This document shows, piece by piece, positions 41,800-50,400 of a stretch of DNA of 64,000 nucleotides. The number at the start of each line of letters is the position of its first letter. Position 1 is the first letter of the stretch. Location: the NCBI GenBank assembly GCA_046481675.1, contig JAWOJJ010000096.1, positions 7,109 to 71,108 of the forward strand, in the 5' to 3' direction. Under the pieces are notes generated by a model, which worked only from the letters and a program-made list of their open reading frames with translations, was not told the origin of the DNA and searched no databases. This DNA comes from Bacteroidales bacterium (GTDB lineage: Bacteria > Bacteroidota > Bacteroidia > Bacteroidales > UBA10428). A program made the position numbers and the translations under genes.

Positions 41800-41829
41800 A
41801 AAAAAACCACGAATCATCGTGGTTTTTTT
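41800..41829. terminator. Bidirectional Rho-independent terminator between gldN and manC
   Basis: AAAAAAACCACGA-ATCA-TCGTGGTTTTTTT. Confidence 0.85.
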
Positions 41830-41893
41830 GTTTTGTATGGTAACGCAAGTACACCTAGTCTGCCGGCAGGTGGGTGAGTGTGTTTTGGGTGTC

Positions 41894-41982
41894 GGGATTT
41901 GGGATTTGACTGCTACTGCCGCTGCTACTGCTGCTGTCTTGGCTCCTGGTTCTACTCGTCCCTCGTCACTCGTCACTCGTCA
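41894..41982. repeat. Mixed short tandem repeats (GGGATTT x2; ACTGCY/GCTGCT hexamers; CTCGTCA/C x4)
   Basis: Directly visible. The CTCGTCM array at 41955-41982 abuts the manC stop codon and is the near reverse complement of the array at 41720. Confidence 0.8.
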
Positions 41983-43077
41983 CTATATATAATTCTCCCC
42001 CTTCTCCAGCTTCACATCATTCACAAAATTCTTGATCTTCTGCTCGTCCTGCTTCCGGCAAATCAGCAATATGTTGTCTGATTCAACCACGATGAAATCA
42101 TCCAGACCCTGGATCACCGCAAGCTTGTTGTTGGGCAGGTTAATCAGACAGTTTTTGGTATTGTAGGTAAACACGCTGGCGCCGGTAACCGAATTGTTTT
42201 CTCCGTCCTTGCACAGCATGTCGTACAACGATCCCCAGGTACCCAAATCCGACCATCCGAAATCGGAACACAGCACGAAAACATTTTCGGCCTTCTCCAT
42301 GATGCCATAGTCGATTGAAATATTTTTGCAATTGGGATATACCTTGCCAATAAATTCCGCTTCCTTGTCGGTGTTGTAAAACTTGCTTCCCTCAATGAAA
42401 AGCTGGTCAACATCGGGAAGGTACCTGTCAAAGGCTTTCATGATGGTCTTCAGTGACCAGAAGAACATGCCGGAGTTCCAGAAAAAGTCGCCGCTTTGTA
42501 AAAACACCTCAGCCATGGGCAGGTCGGGTTTTTCGGTAAACGTCTTCACCCTCCGGATGCTTTTATTCAGCTCAATGCCCGTTTTATCCCCGTTAATCTG
42601 AATGTACCCGTAACCGGTTTCGGGCCGGCTGGGCTGCAAACCCAGGGTAAGCAGGCAGTCGTTATCGTTTACAAATTCCAGTCCTTTTTTAACCACCTCC
42701 AGAAACTCCTGTTCCTTTAAAATGATATGATCTGACGGGGCCACCAGAATTCGGGCATTGGGATTCAGCAAACTGATTTTATGATTGGCATAAGCAATAC
42801 AGGGTGCCGTGTTCCTCCTGAGCGGTTCCAGCAATACCTGTTGCGACGAAATCTCAGGTAACTGCTTTTTAACCAGGCCGTCATAATCCTCATTCGTTAC
42901 AATCAGAATATTCCCGGCCGGAACAACCTTACTCAGCCGGTCAAAGGTTTGCTGCAGCAAAGTGCGGCCTGTGCCCAGAATGTCAAGGAATTGTTTTGGC
43001 TTTTTGGTTCTGCTTAACGGCCAGAAACGGCTTCCGATTCCTCCGGCCATAATAATGCAATAATAGTCCTGGTTCAT
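41983..43077 (-). CDS. manC: Mannose-1-phosphate guanylyltransferase
   Basis: IMAGGIGSRFWPLSR..KPKQF, EP.RRNTAPCI, PSDH, PETGYGYI, FTEKP, WNSG and WSDLGTW motifs. Confidence 0.95.
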   Translation of the reverse strand: MNQDYYCIIMAGGIGSRFWPLSRTKKPKQFLDILGTGRTLLQQTFDRLSKVVPAGNILIVTNEDYDGLVKKQLPEISSQQVLLEPLRRNTAPCIAYANHKISLLNPNARILVAPSDHIILKEQEFLEVVKKGLEFVNDNDCLLTLGLQPSRPETGYGYIQINGDKTGIELNKSIRRVKTFTEKPDLPMAEVFLQSGDFFWNSGMFFWSLKTIMKAFDRYLPDVDQLFIEGSKFYNTDKEAEFIGKVYPNCKNISIDYGIMEKAENVFVLCSDFGWSDLGTWGSLYDMLCKDGENNSVTGASVFTYNTKNCLINLPNNKLAVIQGLDDFIVVESDNILLICRKQDEQKIKNFVNDVKLEKGENYI

Positions 43078-43215
43078 GAAAAATAAGTTGTTAGTTTGAT
43101 GTATCTGACAAATTTAACAAATTAAGTATTGAGGCCGATGCTATTTTGATGGAGTTAAATAATAGAACGATTAACTTGGGTTTTATTTTGATTTTATATC
43201 ACTATTTTTGTGTTC

Positions 43216-43956
43216 ATGAACTTCTTTACCATATTCGGCCGTTATGTGATCTTCCTGTCGCGGGTTTTTGCAAAACCGGAAAAACCGAAAATATACCTGC
43301 AGCAAACGATCCGGGAAATCGAAAATCTCGGGCTCAATTCAGTGGGCATTGTAATCATTATTTCCGTGTTCATCGGTGCAGTTATTACTTTACAAACCCG
43401 GTATAACCTCGAAAGTTCCTGGATCCCCCTTTACCTCATTGGCCTTACGGCCCGCGACACCCTGCTGCTTGAGTTCTCCTCCACCATGGTGGGCCTTATA
43501 CTTGCCGGTAAAGTCGGGTCGAACATTGCTTCGGAAATAGGCACCATGCGCATCACAGAACAAATAGATGCCCTCGAGATGATGGGCATCAACTCAGCCA
43601 GCTACCTGGTGTTGCCAAAAATTCTGGCTACCGTAATTTTTAATCCTTTTCTCACGCTCATCAGCATGTTTGTGGGCTTAATCGGCGGCTGGCTGGCCGT
43701 GGTCATCACGGGCGCCCTGCCTTCATCCGATTATATTTTTGGCATCCAATACCTCTTTATTCCGTTTTATATCACGTACGCCCTGGTAAAAACTGTTGTT
43801 TACGCCTTTATCATTACTTCCGTATCGGCTTTTTACGGATACAACGTTCAGGGCGGCGCTTTGGAAGTCGGCCGCTCCAGCACAAGAGGCGTTGTTTACA
43901 GCAGCATACTCATCCTGCTGGCCGACCTGGTACTAACCCAAATGATGCTTGCCTGA
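43216..43956 (+). CDS. mlaE: MlaE-family ABC permease
   Basis: AGKVGS.IASEIGTMRITEQIDAL..MG and GGALEVG..ST motifs. The -7 element TATTTTTG at 43203 favours ATG 43216. Confidence 0.9.
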   Translation: MNFFTIFGRYVIFLSRVFAKPEKPKIYLQQTIREIENLGLNSVGIVIIISVFIGAVITLQTRYNLESSWIPLYLIGLTARDTLLLEFSSTMVGLILAGKVGSNIASEIGTMRITEQIDALEMMGINSASYLVLPKILATVIFNPFLTLISMFVGLIGGWLAVVITGALPSSDYIFGIQYLFIPFYITYALVKTVVYAFIITSVSAFYGYNVQGGALEVGRSSTRGVVYSSILILLADLVLTQMMLA

Positions 43957-44711
43957 TGATACAAGTCGATAACCTGGTTAAAACGTTCAACGGAGTCATG
44001 GTGCTCGATGACATCTCCGTTACCTTTGAAAAAGGAAAAACCAACCTGATTATCGGTAAAAGCGGTTCCGGAAAGACCGTGCTCATGAAATGCCTGGTAG
44101 GCCTGCATGAAATCGACGAAGGATCGGTGCTTTATAACGACCGTAATTTTGTGAAAATGAATTTCGACGAGCGAAAGGCCATACGCCGCGAAATCGGCAT
44201 GCTTTTCCAGGGCAGTGCACTGTTCGACTCGCTGAACGTGGAAGAAAACGTGATGTTCCCGCTAAACATGTTCACCCGTATGAGCCTTGAGGAAAAGCGC
44301 GATCGGACCAACAACTGCCTGAAAAGAGTGAACCTTACCGACGTGAATAAATTGTATCCCGGTGAAATCAGCGGAGGTATGAAAAAAAGAGTTGCCATAG
44401 CACGGGCCATTGTTGAAAATCCGCGCTATTTGTTTTGCGACGAACCCAATTCCGGTCTTGATCCCAAAACTGCCCTGGTTATCGACGATCTGATCAGCGA
44501 AATCACACACGAATTCAACATCACTACGGTGATCAATACACACGATATGAATTCGGTGATGGAGATCGGCGAGAAGGTGGTTTTTATACATGAAGGCCAT
44601 AAAGGCTGGGAAGGAACACGCGAAGGCATACTCGACAGTGACGACGACAACCTGAACGACTTTGTTTTTGCCTCTAGCTTTGCCAAAAAAATCAAGTCGC
44701 TTTCAAAATAG
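43956..44711 (+). CDS. mlaF: MlaF-family ABC ATP-binding protein
   Basis: GKSGSGKT, GMLFQGSALFDS, SGGMKKRVAIARA and DEP.SGLDP motifs. It is coupled to mlaE by a TGATG overlap. Confidence 0.9.
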   Translation: MIQVDNLVKTFNGVMVLDDISVTFEKGKTNLIIGKSGSGKTVLMKCLVGLHEIDEGSVLYNDRNFVKMNFDERKAIRREIGMLFQGSALFDSLNVEENVMFPLNMFTRMSLEEKRDRTNNCLKRVNLTDVNKLYPGEISGGMKKRVAIARAIVENPRYLFCDEPNSGLDPKTALVIDDLISEITHEFNITTVINTHDMNSVMEIGEKVVFIHEGHKGWEGTREGILDSDDDNLNDFVFASSFAKKIKSLSK

Positions 44712-44725
44712 TATAGCTGCTGCTC

Positions 44726-45340
44726 GTCATACTGAGCCTGCATGGCCGGAAGGCAGGTTTGTTGTATTGGCAATACATCGCAACATTGCATCCGGGAGCT
44801 TCGCCCCGAACCCCACTTCATTCTTTGTCTTGACACAAAGAACGAAGCAAGAAAAGTCAAGACAAAACGAACCCCCAGCTAGACCCGGCACGCCCTCTAC
44901 GTTTTGTCGGGCCCACCCACGGTGCTTATTGGTTAGCTTTGCTACTTAATGACCGATGTTCAATTTTCCATGTTTATTACTAAGAATTAGCACTTGCATG
45001 TTTATCTATCGTTGAGATTGGGCATTGTTGCAGCGCCCCTGAAGTAGTGGGATCCGCCTCTGAGAAAAGGCGTTAGAAAAATCAATTCACTGCAGGCCTG
45101 CCTGCCTGGCTAGGGCTGTGTGTGGTAGGCAGGCTTGCCTGCTTAACACATGCTTATAAGAAAATATGTTTGAGGCCGCTTCCTGCGGCCGAGTTTATTT
45201 TCTTGTGCTTTATGTGAATTGATTTTTAGCCTTTTATCAGCAGCGGCGGCTTTTTTGGTCACTTTTTGAGCTGTAGCAAAAAGTGACAAGCAGTAAGTAA
45301 AAATAATGTGCCTGTCATTAGCAGCCTGTCGAAGTGTGAC
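44726..45340. repeat. Composite structured non-coding element (MITE-like or ncRNA-like) flanked by REP-like units
   Basis: Terminal hairpins 44816-44847 and 45258-45287 each have an 8-nt loop complementary to a flanking segment. A long stem includes a perfect 14 bp (45077-45090/45214-45227) and there are nested hairpins. REP-like GTCATACTGAGCCTG (44726) and GTCATTAGCAGCCTGTCGAAGTGTGAC (45314) flank it. Confidence 0.7.
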
Positions 45341-45351
45341 TACCATATAGG

Positions 45352-45621
45352 TTACTCCTTCACCTCCACGTAATCCACATAATCCCCTTTCGAGGGCTTG
45401 TTCTTCGGTGAGTCACCGGGTTTGTAATCAATGGTAACCTCCCCTTCGCGCTGCTGCGCCTGTTGTTGCTTACGCTGCTGCGCCTTCATCTGCTGCTTTG
45501 AGAATTCATTCATTTTTTTATCCATGTAATTCACAAAAATACCGGGAAGTATATAGCGGGTGAACAGCTTGATCACATAGTAAACGATAATGATAATGAG
45601 TAGGGTTCTCAGAAATCCCAT
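45352..45621 (-). CDS. DUF4834-like small membrane protein
   Basis: N-terminal TM (MGFLRTLLIIIIVYY), Q-rich middle, EGEVTI and C-terminal GDYVDY.EVK. The -7 element TAACTTTG (45641-45634) supports ATG 45621. Confidence 0.8.
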   Translation of the reverse strand: MGFLRTLLIIIIVYYVIKLFTRYILPGIFVNYMDKKMNEFSKQQMKAQQRKQQQAQQREGEVTIDYKPGDSPKNKPSKGDYVDYVEVKE

Positions 45622-45671
45622 CTTTTTTTTCTGCAAAGTTAAAAAAAAAGATATCAGCAACCACCATAGAG

Positions 45672-45760
45672 GCTTTTAGCTTTTAGCTTTTAGCTAACAG
45701 CTAATGGCTAATGGCCAACAGCTAATAGCCAACAGCTAATAGCTACCCGCTAATAGCTAC
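45672..45760. repeat. Fold-back heptamer array B (3 x GCTTTTA then ~9 x GCYAANR)
   Basis: gctttta x3 | gctaaca gctaatg gctaatg gccaaca gctaata gccaaca gctaata gctaccc gctaata gctac. Confidence 0.9.
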
Positions 45761-45816
45761 ATTCTCAATCCTAATTTTTACTACCTTTATCGCCGACTAA
45801 AAAACCAACTTGTAAC

Positions 45817-46869
45817 ATGAAAGGCGATAAAATCATACTGGGTATCACACAGGGCGACATCAACAGCATCAGCTATGAGGTAATTATGAAAGCCCTTGCT
45901 GATAACCGCATTTTCGACCTGTGTACTCCGGTTGTATACGGATCCCCCAAGGTGGCGGCCTACCACAGAAAAGCTCTTGACCTGGAAGGCTTCAGCTTCA
46001 ACGCCGTTCGCAATGCCGATGAAGCAGTAAGTAAAAAAGCCAACCTGATCAATTGCATTGACGATTCTGCAAGAGTTGAACTTGGAAAATCAACCCCTTA
46101 TGCAGGGGAAGCCTCCCTGCAGGCCCTCGAGGCTGCCGTCAGAGATCTTGCCGAAGGCAAAATTGATGTTGTGGTTACCGGACCCATCAACAAATCAAAT
46201 ATCAAGTCGGAGAAATTTAACTTCAACGGTCACACCGAATTTTTTGAAGCCCAGTTCAAGAGCGAAGGTGTGCTCATGCTGATGGTGAACGAGCTGATGC
46301 GCATCGGCGTGGTTACCTCTCATGTACCACTCTCCACAGTGAACGAGTACATCGTGCACGATACCATCCTCAACAAATTGCGGATTATGAACAAATCCCT
46401 GCTTGCCGATTTCAGCATCCGCAGGCCCAGGATTGCGGTGCTCGGACTGAACCCGCATGCCGGCGATCAGGGATTGATTGGCGACGAGGAAATCAGGGAA
46501 ATCATCCCGGCCATTCAGTCTGCTAAAGAAGAGGGAATTCTGGCTTTCGGGCCATTCCCTGCTGACGGGTTTTTCGGTTCCGGATCATTCAAAGCTTATG
46601 ATGCCATTCTGGCCATGTTTCACGACCAGGGACTGGTACCCTTTAAGGCGCTTACAGCCGAAGGCGGCGTGAACTTCACTGCCGGACTGCCAATTGTCCG
46701 CACCTCTCCGGCTCACGGAACCGCTTATGACCTGGCCGGAAAAAACCAGGCTTCGCCTGATTCATTCCGCCATGCGATTTACCTGGCCTGCGACATATTC
46801 CGCAACAGGCAACAGTATAAACAGATTTCGGCAAATCCGCTGGACGCTGGTGACATCAATGAATCCTGA
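45817..46869 (+). CDS. pdxA: 4-hydroxythreonine-4-phosphate dehydrogenase PdxA
   Basis: GIT.GD.N.I, T.PINK, GHTE, LNPHAGD, AMFHDQGL.PFK and RTSP.HGTA motifs. Confidence 0.95.
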   Translation: MKGDKIILGITQGDINSISYEVIMKALADNRIFDLCTPVVYGSPKVAAYHRKALDLEGFSFNAVRNADEAVSKKANLINCIDDSARVELGKSTPYAGEASLQALEAAVRDLAEGKIDVVVTGPINKSNIKSEKFNFNGHTEFFEAQFKSEGVLMLMVNELMRIGVVTSHVPLSTVNEYIVHDTILNKLRIMNKSLLADFSIRRPRIAVLGLNPHAGDQGLIGDEEIREIIPAIQSAKEEGILAFGPFPADGFFGSGSFKAYDAILAMFHDQGLVPFKALTAEGGVNFTAGLPIVRTSPAHGTAYDLAGKNQASPDSFRHAIYLACDIFRNRQQYKQISANPLDAGDINES

Positions 46870-46884
46870 TAATATTTCTGTTTT

Positions 46885-47466
46885 ATGTACGAATACATCG
46901 AAGGCCCGCTGGTTGAAAAAAATCCGGCCTATTGTGTAATAGATGTGGCAGGAGTGGGTTATAACATCCAGATCTCGCTCACCTCTTACGGCATGCTTGA
47001 GCCGCTCTCCAAAGCCCGCTTGTTCATTCACCAGGTGGTGCGTGAAGATGCACACCTGCTTTATGGATTTTTTACCAAACACGAACGTGACCTGTTCCGT
47101 TTGTTGCTTACCGTAACAGGCATTGGGGCCAACACGGCACGTATGATGCTTTCATCCATGACACCTGACGACCTGCAGCAGGCCATACTCACCAACAATA
47201 CTTCATTGCTGCAAAGCATCAAGGGCATTGGCACCAAAACCGCCCAGCGCGTGATCCTCGACCTTCGCGATAAGATCAGCAAAGAAAAATTCTCCGGCGA
47301 AATATTTCCTGGAAAAGACAATAGATTAAAAGATGAAGCGTTATCAGCTTTGGTGATTTTGGGATTCAACAAAGGAGAAGCTGACAAGGTGATCAGCAAA
47401 ATTCTCCTCGCTGAAAAAAACCTTCCGTTGGAAGACCTGATCAAAAGAGCCCTGAAACAATTATAA
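46885..47466 (+). CDS. ruvA: Holliday junction branch migration protein RuvA
   Basis: GVGY.I, VREDA..LYGF, V.GIG, KGIG.KTAQR...DL and EALSAL..LGF motifs. Confidence 0.97.
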   Translation: MYEYIEGPLVEKNPAYCVIDVAGVGYNIQISLTSYGMLEPLSKARLFIHQVVREDAHLLYGFFTKHERDLFRLLLTVTGIGANTARMMLSSMTPDDLQQAILTNNTSLLQSIKGIGTKTAQRVILDLRDKISKEKFSGEIFPGKDNRLKDEALSALVILGFNKGEADKVISKILLAEKNLPLEDLIKRALKQL

Positions 47467-47486
47467 CCCCATTAAAGAGCAAGCAT

Positions 47487-50400
47487 TTGACTCATCCGCC
47501 TGTTAAACATATCATCATTTATAAACTGCTTAACAGTGTAATCATACGCCTCGTTTTGGTTTTTTGCCTTGCTGCCTTTTCAGCTGTGGCAGGCTTTTCT
47601 CAAACACGCAGTGCCGCCCAGGGAGACTCCTCGCTTCGCTATCCGTTTCGCGATGAAAACCGCTATCCCTTTTCGAACTCAGGGGTTCGCTCCCCGCTTT
47701 TCCTCAGCAATCCCAAAAACATAAAACAAACCATCCAGTATAACCCAACTACCGGAAGGTATGAGTTTACCGAAAAGATTGGCCGTTTCGATTACAGGCC
47801 GCCTTCATCCATGTCGTTGCAGGAATACATGAGCTACGAGCGCGAAGCGTCGGTGCAGAATTACTGGCACCAGAAATCGCGCGAAATGATTGCCCCGCAA
47901 CAGTCACCACTTCTTGGCAACTTCAAAATGGGCGAAACCTTCGATAAGGTGTTCGGCACCGATGTGATCAATATTGTTCCCCAGGGATCTGCCGAACTCA
48001 TCTTCGGCTACAACATGTCGCGCAATGACAACCCGGCCCTTTCCGAAAAAAACAGGCGAAACCCTTCGTTTATTTTCAAGGAGAAAATCCAGATGAACGT
48101 TACCGGAAGCATCGGCGATAAAATGCAACTGGGCATCAATTACAATACCGAGGCATCGTTTGACTTCGAGAACAAAACCAAACTGGAATATACCGGCAAG
48201 GAAGATGAAATAATCAAAAAAATTGAAGCCGGAAATGTTTCTTTCTCCGTTCCGGGAACCCTGATTACCGGAAGCCAGAGCTTGTTCGGACTGAAAACCG
48301 ACCTGCAATTCGGAAAATTATTCGTCAGTTCGGTGATCAGCCACCAGAAAAGCCAGTCGCAGGTTATTGAAGTGAAAGGCGGAGCCCAGGTGAGCGAATT
48401 TGAAATAGACGCCTCTGAATACGATGCCAACCGGCACTTCTTTCTTTCTCATTTTTTTGAAGACAATTACAACTCCTGGCTTTCCACGCTGCCCTATGTG
48501 AATTCAGGCGTGCGTATTGAGCAGATTGAGGTATGGGTTACCAATAAATCCGGCAATACCACCGACACACGCAATATACTTGCCCTTACAGATATGGCCG
48601 AAGGCTTTGGTCCCGAAGGAGACACCAATGTTTATGGCAACCTGGGCTTTATTCAGCCGGCTTCTGTTAAAAACGGTCCGGCAAGTAACGACCTGAATGA
48701 ACTCTACGTGAAATTTATCAACCAATACAGCGATATCAGAACCTTCCGGCAAATTGCCGCAACGCTCTCTCCTCTTGAATCGGCTTATTCATTTTACGGC
48801 GGAAAAGACTATGAAAAAATTGAGAATGCCCGCCGGCTTACTGAAACAGAGTATAAGGTAAACAAAGAACTGGGATATATATCGCTGAATTCATCCCTGC
48901 GCACCGATGAAGTACTTGCTGTTGCTTACGTTTACACCCACCTGGGCAGAACCTACCGGGTGGGCGAATTGTCTACCGACGGGGTGAGTGCCCCCAACAC
49001 ACTTCTTGTTAAACTGATCAAGGGAACCAGCCTGACTCCCAAGTCGCCCACCTGGGACCTCATGATGAAAAACGTTTATGCCATTGGCGCATACCAGGTG
49101 TCAAACAGAGACTTCATTCTCGACGTGCTCTACCGCAAGGATGAAACCGGAGTGCCGGTTAACTATATTGCGGAGAACCAGGCCGACAGCGCCTTTAACA
49201 GGAAAATTCTGCTTCGGGTACTCAAAATGGATAACCTTGACTCGCGCAATGAACCGGTTCCCGATGGCCGGTTCGACTTCATCGAGGGAACTACCATCAC
49301 CTCCCGCGATGGCCGTATCTTCTTCACGCAAAAGGAACCCTTCGGAAAAGACCTGAGGAAAACCATCATTGGCAATGCAATTCGGGGAACAGAATTGTAC
49401 AAAGCCCGCGATCTGATTGCCAAAAAATATGTGTTCAGTGAGTTGTATGATTCAACTCAAACCAGGGCACGGCAGCTGTCGCGTAAAAACAAGTTCTTCC
49501 TGGCCGGGAATTACCAGGCAACCTCGGGTTCCGAAATCCAGCTGAATGCCATGAACATACCGCCCAATTCGGTGAAGGTGTCTTCCGGAGGTATTGCCCT
49601 GGTTGAAGGACAGGATTATACCGTGGATTACACGCTCGGACGCGTAAAAATCATCAACCAGGGCCTGATTCAGTCGGGGTCTCCCCTTTCCGTTTCACTC
49701 GAGAACAACATGCTCTTTAACATGCAGACCAAAACCCTGATGGGAACCCACATGGAATACAAGTTCTCCGATAATTTCAACCTGGGCGCCACAGTGATGA
49801 ACCTTACCGAACGGCCACTCACCCAAAAAGTCAATATGGGCGACGAGCCCATCTCCAATACCATATGGGGACTGAACACCAATTACCGCACCGAATCGCG
49901 CCTGCTGACCAAAATGATCGACAAGCTGCCGCTCATCGAAACCAAAGAAATTTCCACCATAGCACTTGATGCCGAATTTGCCCACCTGGTTCCCGGGCAG
50001 GCTAAAGTTATTGGCGAGGGCGGCGTTGCCTACATCGACGATTTCGAAGGAACCGAAACAACTGTTGAACTCAAAACGGTTCAGTCGTGGACCCTCGCCA
50101 GCACCCCGCGCAAATTTCCCTATTCAGGATCCCTGAACGACCTCAGGTACGGCTACAACCGCGCCAAGTTGGCCTGGTATACCATTGACCCACTGTTCAC
50201 CCGCAATGACAGCCGCACACCCGACAACATCAGCAAGGCAGAACAGGAAAGTCACTTCGTCCGTGAAATCCTGGAAACAGAAATTTTTAAAAACCGCGAA
50301 AGCGGAACCGGTTTTGAAAGTACCATTTCGGTGCTGAACCTTTCTTACTTCCCGCAGGAAAGGGGCCCGTACAATTTTGACCCCGCTATTTCCGACGAGG

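Noticed and set aside
41573-42081. ORFs 41573..41854, 41608..41976 and 41878..42081 (Cys-rich CYCRCYCCC)
   Set aside because: These are translations of hexamer and heptamer repeats spanning a terminator and overlapping gldN or manC.
43216-44711. mlaE-mlaF without adjacent mlaD as an incomplete system
   Set aside because: A split arrangement is usual in Bacteroidota, and mlaD is probably elsewhere in the genome.
45158-45204. TGTTTGA/GAGTT loop as a hammerhead ribozyme, or CTGAGA at 45060 as a TPP riboswitch
   Set aside because: There is no CUGANGA/GAAA three-way core, and the downstream TPP consensus elements are missing.
44735-45328. AGCCTG at 44735 and 45323 as a target-site duplication
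   Set aside because: Both hexamers lie within same-orientation REP-like units, so they are explained without a TSD. This cannot be settled without an empty-site allele.
44426-45346. ORFs 44426..44860, 44662..44949 and 45143..45346 as proteins or transposase fragments
   Set aside because: They have no recognisable motifs and run through palindromic DNA or antisense to mlaF.
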